A stretch of 64,000 nucleotides of DNA from an uncultured Bacteroidota bacterium (GCA_902561795.1 CACERG010000003.1:13693-77692), one strand, 5' to 3'; counted from the stretch's first letter, positions 20,268 through 27,865 are shown. Notes: generated from the letters alone by a model not told the origin. A program made the numbers and translations.

Positions 20268-20747
20268 ATGAAAAATCTATTTACATTACTATTTCTATTA
20301 ACACTAACTTTTTCATTCTCTCAAGGCATTACGGGTAAAACAACAACTGATGACAAATACTCAAAAGCGATCAAAGCTTACATGAATGAATATTTACAAA
20401 ATAAATTTGATACATATGAAGAAATACACGCTGAAGATGCTGTTTTCGATTTAAACGGAATTGAAGCAAATAAGTCAACCGTTAAAAAAGGATGGAGTTC
20501 TCATCATAAAATCTACAGTAATATCAAATTAGAATGGATGTTTGTTGAAACTACAGTGTATGATGAAAACAACAATAATATGGTGTGGTCTCACATATGG
20601 GGTGGTTGGTCTGCTAAAGGCAATAAGACAAAAAAAAATTGGAGTAATCCATTTAACGCATCATTTAAGTGGGTTGATGGAAAAATTGTAATGGAGAATT
20701 GGATTTTTGACCCTACATCGGATATTACAGAAGCTGCTGCTAAATAA
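20268..20747 (+). CDS. secreted NTF2/SnoaL-like protein (island family A)
   Basis: 159 aa counted from MKNLFTLLFLLTLTFSFSQ. Close paralog of 23936-24421, sharing blocks YSNIK, FVETT.YDENNNN.VWSH.WG, KRTKKN and SFKWVDGKIV. Confidence 0.65.
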   Translation: MKNLFTLLFLLTLTFSFSQGITGKTTTDDKYSKAIKAYMNEYLQNKFDTYEEIHAEDAVFDLNGIEANKSTVKKGWSSHHKIYSNIKLEWMFVETTVYDENNNNMVWSHIWGGWSAKGNKTKKNWSNPFNASFKWVDGKIVMENWIFDPTSDITEAAAK

Positions 20748-20770
20748 CAATTTACTATTAAGATATAATA

Positions 20771-20797
20771 CCCTCCCAAGTGGTGAGTTTTTTTATA
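20771..20797 (+). terminator. degenerate copy of the CCCTCC/GGAGGG terminator
   Basis: TAATACCCTCCCAAGTGGTGAGTTTTTTT is homologous to 19108-19137, but only 4 of 6 stem pairs remain. Confidence 0.4.
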
Positions 20798-20803
20798 TCA
20801 TGG

Positions 20804-20871
20804 GCATATCCTCTTCATTAAATTTAGAGACTAATTTGCGTTTTCTTATTTATTAATAATCAATCAATCAA
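20804..20871 (+). promoter_or_regulatory. island promoter/5'-leader module copy (diverged core)
   Basis: GCATATCCTCTTCATTAAATTTAGAGACTAATTTGCGTTTTC…TTAATAATCAATCAATCAA, followed by the ATG. Confidence 0.5.
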
Positions 20872-21792
20872 ATGAAAAATATTCTAGAAACGGTTGGCAA
20901 TACACCAATAGTAAAACTTGAGAAAATTATTCCTTCAGGTTGTGGCGAAGTTTATGTAAAACTAGAGGCAAATAATCCAACAGGATCAAAAAAAGATAGA
21001 ATGGCCCTTTCTATGATTGAAGGAGCTGAAAAAAGAGGTGATTTAAAAGAAGGAATGTCTGTTGTTGAGTACTCTGGAGGTAGTACTGGAGCTGGATTAG
21101 CTTTTGTTTGTGCAATTAAAGGATATCGTTTCAGGTTAATTACTGCAGATGTTTTTGGGAAAGAAAAAATTGGCTTAATGAGAGCCTTGGGGGCAGATAT
21201 AGAAGTTATTAAAAGTGAAGATGGAAAAATCACTAAAGAACTTATTGGAAAGATGATTGAAAGGGCTGAAGAAATTTCTGTTGAACCGGATACATTTTTT
21301 ACGGATCAACTTAATAATATGGATGTTATTGAAGGTTTTGTTCCTCTAGGAGATGAGATACTCCAACAACTTGGCGGAAAAGTAGATGCTGTTTGTGACA
21401 CCATTGGAACAGCAGGAACATTAATGGGAATAGCAAAATCATTCAAAAATAATGGGGTTCACTCTAAAGTCATTGCCCTTGAGCCTGCAAGTTCTCCTAT
21501 ATTATCAAAAGGAATTAAAGGCGCTCATAATGTTGAAGGGGTTGGCCTTGGGTTTATTCCTGCTATATATAATTCTGAATATGTTGATGATGTTATTTCA
21601 ATTGAAGAATCCTTAGCAAGACATACTTGCAAGGAACTGGCTTCGAAGGAAGGAATATTTTGTGGTACTTCAAGTGGTATGAATGTAGCAGGTGCAATAA
21701 AATTATCTAAGAGCTTAGGACCAAAATCAAAAGTGGTTGCTGTAGCTTGTGATACAGGACTCAAATATCTTTCTGAAGGACTTTTTTATTAA
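20872..21792 (+). CDS. PLP-dependent cysteine synthase family protein
   Basis: 306 aa. PLP-lysine motif NPTGSKKDR, the SGGSTG loop, and GTAGTLMG, SSG and CDTGLKY blocks typical of the CysK/CysM/CBS fold. Confidence 0.8.
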   Translation: MKNILETVGNTPIVKLEKIIPSGCGEVYVKLEANNPTGSKKDRMALSMIEGAEKRGDLKEGMSVVEYSGGSTGAGLAFVCAIKGYRFRLITADVFGKEKIGLMRALGADIEVIKSEDGKITKELIGKMIERAEEISVEPDTFFTDQLNNMDVIEGFVPLGDEILQQLGGKVDAVCDTIGTAGTLMGIAKSFKNNGVHSKVIALEPASSPILSKGIKGAHNVEGVGLGFIPAIYNSEYVDDVISIEESLARHTCKELASKEGIFCGTSSGMNVAGAIKLSKSLGPKSKVVAVACDTGLKYLSEGLFY

Positions 21793-21831
21793 TACAAATA
21801 GTATTTTTCACATCTCAGTCTATGATATGAA

Positions 21832-21967
21832 TTTTACAGATTTTATAAATTCCAATTACCTAAACACCAATGTCCAAATTATATATTATAAATCATCGAC
21901 ATATACTCTTCATTGATTTCGGGGAGTAATTTGTATATTGAACATTATTAACCATAAATCAATTAAA
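21832..21967 (+). promoter_or_regulatory. island promoter/5'-leader module, long copy
   Basis: TTTTACAGATTTTATAAATTCC…CCTAAACACCAATGTCCAAATT…CATATACTCTTCATTGATTTCGGGGAGTAATTTGTATATTGAACATTATTAACCATAAATCAATTAAA, followed by the ATG. Confidence 0.6.
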
Positions 21968-22651
21968 ATGAAAAAAATACTATTAATATTTAGTTTATTT
22001 ATTTATTCCATATCCTTTTCACAACAAATATTTTGGTATGATGTTTTTTTAGAAGTGGAATCTAATGCATCTGTTGTTGCTGAACTAGTTGATGAATTTT
22101 ACTCAAATCATCCAAAATCATCTGATGTGAAAGTAGCTTTTTCATCCATACCTTTGAAAGGAGCTAGTGAAAAAGCAACTCACATAATTAGCATAAGTAG
22201 CGAATCATCTAAATCGCTTGCAGATTTTAGAAATTCTTTAAAAGGAAGCAATTGGGACTTATATATATCAAAAATGAGTAATTATATAAAAAGTAATAGG
22301 GCTAACGCTGGTAGAAGCCTAGTGACTAATGGTTCAAATTCCTCATATCCTATTGGTCAAGCATGGGTATTCAAAATTAAAAATAAGGACTTAAATTCAA
22401 CTATTCAAGCTTTTGACAAATTTGTAAAATCAACTGAATTTGATGGATTTGTTGGAATGGGACAAATTGTTCACGGTTCAGAAAACGGTGAAGGGGTATA
22501 TATATATGCTACATACGCTGATTTAAATCAAGCTTTTAATTTCGGCCCACGAAATAAAAAAGAAGGTGCGGCATTTGCAGAAATATTTGCTGCACTTGAT
22601 GTAGCTGAAGATTCAAAAACATTTACTAGAGTTCTTATAAAAAGCTACTAG
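21968..22651 (+). CDS. secreted two-lobed protein of unknown function (island family B-like)
   Basis: 227 aa counted from MKKILLIFSLFIYSISFSQ. No recognised motif. Confidence 0.6.
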   Translation: MKKILLIFSLFIYSISFSQQIFWYDVFLEVESNASVVAELVDEFYSNHPKSSDVKVAFSSIPLKGASEKATHIISISSESSKSLADFRNSLKGSNWDLYISKMSNYIKSNRANAGRSLVTNGSNSSYPIGQAWVFKIKNKDLNSTIQAFDKFVKSTEFDGFVGMGQIVHGSENGEGVYIYATYADLNQAFNFGPRNKKEGAAFAEIFAALDVAEDSKTFTRVLIKSY

Positions 22652-22660
22652 GTTTTATTC

Positions 22661-22690
22661 AAAATCCCCTAGCACCTTCTAGGGGATTTT
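22661..22690 (+). terminator. rho-independent terminator
   Basis: AAAATCCCCTAG-CACCTT-CTAGGGGATTTT. Confidence 0.75.
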
Positions 22691-22831
22691 ATATTCTTTC
22701 AAGTAATCCAAAAGTCAGAAGTTGTAATCACTCTAACAACTTAATAAATACTTCTTGATTTTTTTCTACAAAAAAATTGACATTAGTATAATATGTATAT
22801 TAGACATTGAAGAGTCTATAAATACTTCTTA

Positions 22832-23854
22832 ATGAAACGAAGAAAATTTATACAGGGATCAACAACTATAGCATCAGGACTTGGGTTTTCAGCTATTTCA
22901 TTTACTCAATTAGAATCAACTAAAACTAAACAATCCATAGAGACATATGTAACATTGGATCAGGAAAAAGTTTCTTTTTATAGTGATGTCATTAAAGAAA
23001 AAATAAAAATAATCCATATTGCAGACACACATCTTTTTATGGATGATGAAAGAGGGGTCCCCTTTTTAAACTTCAGTGGTCGAATGGCTAAAGCTTATAA
23101 TCAAACAAAACATTTCAAAACAGGAGAAAAAACAAATCCTAAGAAAGCCTTTAAGCAAGCAATAACTTTTGCTAAAGAATCAAATGCAGATGTTATCACT
23201 TTAGTAGGTGATATATTTAGTTTTCCATCTGAACTTGCAATTGAATGGGTTTTATCTGAAATAGAAGCGATTGGTATTCCATATATTTACATAGCAGGAA
23301 ATCATGATTGGCATTACGAAGGGATGGATGGCAGTCTTAATTCACTTCGTGATAAATGGATAGAAAAAAGATTAATTCCTTTATATCAAGGGAATAACCC
23401 CTTAATGGCAGCATATGATATAAAAGGTATTAGGTTTTTAGCCATTGATAATTCAACATACGAAATAAACAATAAACAATTGGATTTTTTTTCAAAACAT
23501 GTTGAATCTGGTATGCCTATTGTTTTGTTGATTCATATACCAATGTACGCTCCTGGGAAAAATATTTCGTTTGGATGTGGAAACCCTTTTTGGGGAGCTG
23601 AAACTGACCGTAATTTTGAATTAGAAAGACGTCCCAAATGGCCAGAAAATGGTCATACTAAAACAACATTTGAATTTTATAAAAAGGTTTTTGATTCATC
23701 TAATGTGATTGGAATTTTTGCTGGTCACATACATCGAAACTCTATTGAAATTATTAAAGGAAAACCTCAAATAGTTTCAGATGATAATGCGAGCGGGGCA
23801 TATCTAGAAATTGATTTTATTCCAATGGAAGAAAAGTATAAAGTTAAAAGTTAA
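22832..23854 (+). CDS. TAT-exported metallophosphoesterase
   Basis: 340 aa. Twin-arginine signal MKRRKFIQGS. Calcineurin-like motifs IADTH, VGDIF, AGNHDW and AGHIHR. Confidence 0.8.
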   Translation: MKRRKFIQGSTTIASGLGFSAISFTQLESTKTKQSIETYVTLDQEKVSFYSDVIKEKIKIIHIADTHLFMDDERGVPFLNFSGRMAKAYNQTKHFKTGEKTNPKKAFKQAITFAKESNADVITLVGDIFSFPSELAIEWVLSEIEAIGIPYIYIAGNHDWHYEGMDGSLNSLRDKWIEKRLIPLYQGNNPLMAAYDIKGIRFLAIDNSTYEINNKQLDFFSKHVESGMPIVLLIHIPMYAPGKNISFGCGNPFWGAETDRNFELERRPKWPENGHTKTTFEFYKKVFDSSNVIGIFAGHIHRNSIEIIKGKPQIVSDDNASGAYLEIDFIPMEEKYKVKS

Positions 23855-23862
23855 AAAACTGG

Positions 23863-23935
23863 ACATATCCTCTTAATTTTAAATTATATGAGACTTATTC
23901 GTATATTACTTACTATTAATCATAAACCAATTAAA
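23863..23935 (+). promoter_or_regulatory. island promoter/5'-leader module copy
   Basis: ACATATCCTCTTAATTTTAAATTATATGAGACTTATTCGTATATTACTTACTATTAATCATAAACCAATTAAA, followed by the ATG. Confidence 0.6.
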
Positions 23936-24421
23936 ATGAAAAATTTATTTATACTCTTATTTATTGCTAGTTCTTTTTACTCTTTAGCTCAAGAAATAAC
24001 TGGAACAGTAAGAACATCTGATAAGTATTCTAATGCAATTAAAAAAATGAATAGTGAATATTTTAAAAATGATTTTACAACATTTAAAAAGATTTTTAGT
24101 GATGATGCAACCTTTAGTGTAAATGGAGAAGAATTTTCAAAAAGTCAAATAATTGAAGGTTTTTCAATGCACCATAAATTTTACTCAAATATTAAGATGC
24201 AGTATAGTTTTGTTGAAACGACTTTTTATGATGAAAATAATAATAATCAAGTATGGAGTCATAATTGGGGACTTTGGGATGGGGTTTCAAAAAGAACTAA
24301 AAAAAATGTGCCCAACCCTGTGAATGTCTCATTTAAATGGGTTGATGGGAAAATTGTCAATGCTTCCTGGATATATGATCCAACACAATTGAATGAAGAA
24401 ATAATGGCCTCTCAAAAATAA
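23936..24421 (+). CDS. secreted NTF2/SnoaL-like protein (island family A)
   Basis: 161 aa counted from MKNLFILLFIASSFYSLAQ. Close paralog of 20268-20747. Confidence 0.65.
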   Translation: MKNLFILLFIASSFYSLAQEITGTVRTSDKYSNAIKKMNSEYFKNDFTTFKKIFSDDATFSVNGEEFSKSQIIEGFSMHHKFYSNIKMQYSFVETTFYDENNNNQVWSHNWGLWDGVSKRTKKNVPNPVNVSFKWVDGKIVNASWIYDPTQLNEEIMASQK

Positions 24422-24450
24422 AATAAATTAAAATATTTAATACATTAAAG

Positions 24451-24480
24451 GACCCTTCAAATATGGAGGGTCTTTTATTT
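24451..24480 (+). terminator. rho-independent terminator (CCCTYC/GGAGGG type)
   Basis: GACCCTTC-AAATAT-GGAGGGTC followed by TTTTATTT. Confidence 0.7.
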
Positions 24481-24483
24481 ACC

Positions 24484-24551
24484 TGTATATGCTTTATTTT
24501 AAATTTAGGGACTGATTCGTATATTCACTCAGCTAAATAATAATCGATTAA
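24484..24551 (+). promoter_or_regulatory. island promoter/5'-leader module copy
   Basis: TGTATATGCTTTATTTTAAATTTAGGGACTGATTCGTATATTC…AATAATCGATTAA, followed by the ATG. Confidence 0.5.
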
Positions 24552-25277
24552 ATGAAAAAAATAGTTAATAGATTTTGGGAGTTTTTAATGTTATTTATTG
24601 CTATTTCACTAGGTTTTTTTGTTGAGAATTATAGGGAAGTGTTAGTCGATAGACAAAAAGAAAAAGAAATAATAGCATCATTTATTAATGACCTTGAAAC
24701 CGACATTAAAGAGTTAGATATTGTAATTCAACGAAGACAAACAAGAGAAGTAAGGATAGATTCAATTATATATATTTTAAATAATGGTTTACAAGATGAT
24801 TATGGAAAAGATCTTTACTATTATGCGAGGTACTTACCTCGCCCTGTGGTGTTTTGGGCAAACAATACAACAAATGAAGAGTTAAAATATTCTGGAAATT
24901 TTATTTTAATAAAAAACCAAAAGATAATTGATACCCTCTTACAATATAACGACAATTTTATTTTCATTGATTTCATAAAAGAAAGGGAGGAATATTTAGT
25001 AAGGAGACTATTTGATCAAATAAATGTGATGTTTGATCCCATGGTTTTCGATGAGATGAATGTTTATGATATAGAATTTGTTTATCCCTCCGGAAATCCA
25101 AAAATAAATACCAAAAATAAGGATGTGATTAACCTTTTTTTAAGCAATTTACACTATGTAAAAACAGTAAATGTAGGACAGCTAGGGCTTTTCAAAAGAC
25201 ATCAAAAAAAAGCAAAAGAAATTTTAAACTTTATAAAGGAAGAATATCCTGATGTGGCAGCTGAAAAACGCAAATAA
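24552..25277 (+). CDS. N-terminally anchored hypothetical protein (paralog of 34451-35185)
   Basis: 241 aa. A single N-terminal TM helix is followed by the motif VENYRE and a helical region. The layout matches the 34451 product (VDNYRE). Confidence 0.55.
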   Translation: MKKIVNRFWEFLMLFIAISLGFFVENYREVLVDRQKEKEIIASFINDLETDIKELDIVIQRRQTREVRIDSIIYILNNGLQDDYGKDLYYYARYLPRPVVFWANNTTNEELKYSGNFILIKNQKIIDTLLQYNDNFIFIDFIKEREEYLVRRLFDQINVMFDPMVFDEMNVYDIEFVYPSGNPKINTKNKDVINLFLSNLHYVKTVNVGQLGLFKRHQKKAKEILNFIKEEYPDVAAEKRK

Positions 25278-25281
25278 CTAT

Positions 25282-25626
25282 CTAACTACCCTCGAAAATA
25301 GAAAGATTTCTTACAACAGTTTCTCCGGGATTATCGCCAAGTTCATTTAAGGCTTCTTGATATTCTTTGCTATTATGACAATTTATAGCGTCTTGTAAAC
25401 TATTAAACTCTACAACTGCTGCAAACATTAAATCTGAACCCTGAATTTTACCTTTAGGCTGACCTGTGAGCACAGGTAAATAGTTTCCAGTTTGTTCATT
25501 TTTATGTTTTTCTTCAATTTGAAAGTATTTTGTTAAGTAGTTATTCCATCTTTCTTCATTTTTAATTTCAATTACATTTCCTATCCAATATCCTTTTTTC
25601 ATTTTATTATGATTTGATTTATTCAT
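25282..25626 (-). CDS. DUF1330-like (dimeric alpha-beta barrel) protein
   Basis: 114 aa. Pattern GYWIGNVIEIKNEERWNNY…AAVVEFNSLQDAINCHNSKEYQEAL resembles DUF1330. Confidence 0.55.
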   Translation of the reverse strand: MNKSNHNKMKKGYWIGNVIEIKNEERWNNYLTKYFQIEEKHKNEQTGNYLPVLTGQPKGKIQGSDLMFAAVVEFNSLQDAINCHNSKEYQEALNELGDNPGETVVRNLSIFEGS

Positions 25627-25782
25627 CTAATATATAGAATGATTTTATGTAAAATAATTTCTTGTATCATCAAATTATATTAATTATTCAGATATAAATA
25701 TTATAAAGCATTTAAGTTTATTTAAGTGCTCCTGCTATCGTTTCATTAAAAATTAATAATTTTATTTATATAAATATTTGAT

Positions 25783-25872
25783 ATGTGTAATTGTGATTGT
25801 TCCCCTTGTAAAGAATTAGATTGTTCAGCATGTATTTGCGAACCCTGTAGTTGTTCTCCTTGTGATTGTTAG
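25783..25872 (+). CDS. 29-aa cysteine-rich peptide, metallothionein-like (unannotated small ORF)
   Basis: An ATG followed by 28 sense codons and a TAG encodes MCNCDCSPCKELDCSACICEPCSCSPCDC. It has 11 Cys in 29 residues, arranged as CxC, CxxC and CxxxxC. It is below the ORF-track length cut-off. Confidence 0.5.
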   Translation: MCNCDCSPCKELDCSACICEPCSCSPCDC

Positions 25873-25896
25873 TTCAACAATAAAAATTCTTGTATT

Positions 25897-26148
25897 TCAT
25901 TTCTTTTTTAATTTTTTGTGTTCAATTATTTCTGGAACCCCTCCCTTGAGATCATCTATCAGAATATGTGGAGTTTGTTTTCGTATCCATTGATAAATCA
26001 CACCCCTTATAAATTCAGTTTGAGTGGGATATTTACCGAATTTGTCTTTTGCCTCGTTTGAAACGATCGCCTGTCTTATATAGTCCACGAATTGCGTTGA
26101 AGCATTAAACTTAATTTGATTACTATATTGAATTTTGGTTTTTGGCAT
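25897..26148 (-). CDS. small putative DNA-binding protein, ribbon-helix-helix-like
   Basis: 83 aa. The N-terminal segment NQIKFNASTQFVDYIRQAI fits a beta-strand plus helix, followed by a second helix (TQTEFIRGVIYQWIRK) and a basic tail. A perfect palindrome lies 34 nt upstream. Confidence 0.45.
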   Translation of the reverse strand: MPKTKIQYSNQIKFNASTQFVDYIRQAIVSNEAKDKFGKYPTQTEFIRGVIYQWIRKQTPHILIDDLKGGVPEIIEHKKLKKK

Positions 26149-26181
26149 CAGAATAACTTTTTGTCAATAAAATTTTTACAG

Positions 26182-26198
26182 GTACCTTTCAAAGGTAC
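26182..26198. promoter_or_regulatory. perfect 8-1-8 palindrome, candidate operator
   Basis: GTACCTTT-C-AAAGGTAC lies upstream of the minus-strand 83-aa gene. An extra half-site-like GTACCT occurs near 26236. Confidence 0.4.
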
Positions 26199-26403
26199 TT
26201 ATATTATTGAAAAAAAAAATATATAAAGTCTTTTTGATGTTTTTTGTACCTAAAAATACCTCTAGCATATTATTTAAAAAGTAAAATTGTTATTTTTTCC
26301 ATATTTATTAATAAAAAATCCAAATTTTTAGCTATTTTATGAGATTTTTAGAAGAAAAGTGCAAGTTTTTACGAATTTTTTAACTTGTTTCATTAATTTC
26401 TGC

Positions 26404-26462
26404 TTCATTTAATTTTAAAAAACATATTTGTATCTTAAAGTTTCAATCATAAATCAATTAAT
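26404..26462 (+). promoter_or_regulatory. island promoter/5'-leader module copy (diverged)
   Basis: TTCATTTAATTTTAAAAAACATATTTGTATCTTAAAGTTTCAATCATAAATCAATTAAT, followed by the ATG. Confidence 0.45.
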
Positions 26463-27236
26463 ATGAAAAATTTAATTTTTGTAGTTATACTCTTTACATC
26501 AATATTTATTCATGCTCAAACAACAGTAATGATTGCTGTTGTGCTTGAAGATGGTAAAGAAAATGAATATCTCCAGTATGAAAAAAACTGGAATAAAGTT
26601 GCTGACCAAATGGTAAAAGATAATTTGATTGCTCAATGGTCAGTGTGGAAAAGAACTCCTAGAGATGGAGACGAAAATTGGGCACAATATTATGTTTTTA
26701 GAAGAACAACAAAGGAGCAGGACGAGAATCTTGATACAAATGCTTGGAAAAAGTCAACTAAAACTGCATTTAAGGGTAAAAGTCAAAAGACAATAGATAA
26801 ATTACTGTCCTCTAGCGGAATAGTTAAAGAAAACAGAAGTAGAACCTACAAATGGGTATCTGGTACTGGATGGAGAGGATTAGAATGGGAAATAGGTGAT
26901 AAGGGCTATTTTCATTTTATGAAACAAAATAATGATGATTTTGAAGATTATGAAAGATCAGTTTGGAAACCTATAGCTCAGCAACAAATTCTTGACGGTT
27001 ACAGAAAATTTTGGGGTCTTGCCAAAATCATATCAAAAAATGATTACACAAAAAAATTAGAGTCAGGTTTCACCCATATTGCATTTAATTTTATGACAAA
27101 AAAGGAAATGCCACAGGGCACAGAGTACAATATAATAGAGGACGAATTTTTAAGGGAAAAGGCTTTTGAGGGACTTCAAGCATCAAGGGAAATGCTACCT
27201 TCCGAAGAACTCACTTTAGTATATTCAACTTTTTAA
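26463..27236 (+). CDS. secreted two-lobed protein of unknown function (island family B)
   Basis: 257 aa with signal peptide …FIHAQ. It shares its layout and scattered motifs (W.K.A……W.…KR) with 28126-28896. Confidence 0.65.
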   Translation: MKNLIFVVILFTSIFIHAQTTVMIAVVLEDGKENEYLQYEKNWNKVADQMVKDNLIAQWSVWKRTPRDGDENWAQYYVFRRTTKEQDENLDTNAWKKSTKTAFKGKSQKTIDKLLSSSGIVKENRSRTYKWVSGTGWRGLEWEIGDKGYFHFMKQNNDDFEDYERSVWKPIAQQQILDGYRKFWGLAKIISKNDYTKKLESGFTHIAFNFMTKKEMPQGTEYNIIEDEFLREKAFEGLQASREMLPSEELTLVYSTF

Positions 27237-27248
27237 TGACAAAAATTG

Positions 27249-27274
27249 ACCCTCCAAAACTGGAGGGTTTTTTT
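27249..27274 (+). terminator. rho-independent terminator (CCCTCC/GGAGGG type)
   Basis: ACCCTCCA-AAAC-TGGAGGGT followed by TTTTTT. Confidence 0.8.
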
Positions 27275-27299
27275 AAAATATTAGGAAATCTTTATTTAT

Positions 27300-27347
27300 C
27301 AATTTCATGCACTTCTTTGTATATTGATGGATCTTAATTTTATTTTT
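27300..27347 (+). promoter_or_regulatory. island promoter module copy (core only)
   Basis: The core CTTTGTATATTG at 27315-27326 is 21 nt upstream of the ATG. The leader has diverged. Confidence 0.4.
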
Positions 27348-27860
27348 ATGAAAACAAACATCTTATTTATTGCAACAATTGTATCAATACTTTTTTTAGC
27401 TTGTAACTCTCAACAAAATAGTACTCCCCAAAAAGCAGAAAATCAAATAGGTATAATTAAAGGAAATGATTTTCGCTCCAGTGCGATGATTACATTTATG
27501 GATGCTTATGTTAATAACAACCTAAGTAGCGTTGCTGATTTATTTACTCCTGATGCGAAAATAATGATAAATGATGCTGATTTAACCTTTTCCCAAATGG
27601 CAGAAGGATTTTCAGCAGGTCATCAATATTTTGAAAATATTCGCCACGAAAATAGAGATGCTTTTACTATGCATTACGAAGATGGTAAACCGGCAGGAAA
27701 TATTTTTACACATTGCTGGTATACTTGGAAAGCAACAAGTAAAAAAACAGGTGAAGAACTTTCAATAAGAGGCTATGCTTGGATGAAATGGAAAGATGAT
27801 AAGGTTGAAACAGTTTATAATGCATTTGATCCTACCATGTATAACGCTTCTATGAATTAA
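27348..27860 (+). CDS. NTF2/SnoaL-like lipoprotein (island family A, distant member)
   Basis: 170 aa counted from MKTNILFIATIVSILFLAC (lipobox). It shares motifs F.DAYV.N, GF…H.YF.NI, H.WY.WKA.SKKT, KWKDDKV and DPT with 20268 and 23936. Confidence 0.6.
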   Translation: MKTNILFIATIVSILFLACNSQQNSTPQKAENQIGIIKGNDFRSSAMITFMDAYVNNNLSSVADLFTPDAKIMINDADLTFSQMAEGFSAGHQYFENIRHENRDAFTMHYEDGKPAGNIFTHCWYTWKATSKKTGEELSIRGYAWMKWKDDKVETVYNAFDPTMYNASMN

Positions 27861-27865
27861 AATGA

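Noticed and set aside
22743-22831. Direct repeat ATAAATACTTCTT occurring twice upstream of the TAT metallophosphoesterase gene (about 22744 and 22818).
   Set aside because: It is a 13-nt AT-rich repeat 75 nt apart. It might be a regulator site but is too short and AT-rich to separate from chance.
25783-25872. The Cys-rich small ORF as a cysteine-sensing leader peptide (attenuator).
   Set aside because: No co-directional downstream gene exists within about 590 nt. The next gene is convergent, and no terminator/antiterminator alternative structure follows the ORF. The idea is not excluded but is less likely than a functional peptide.
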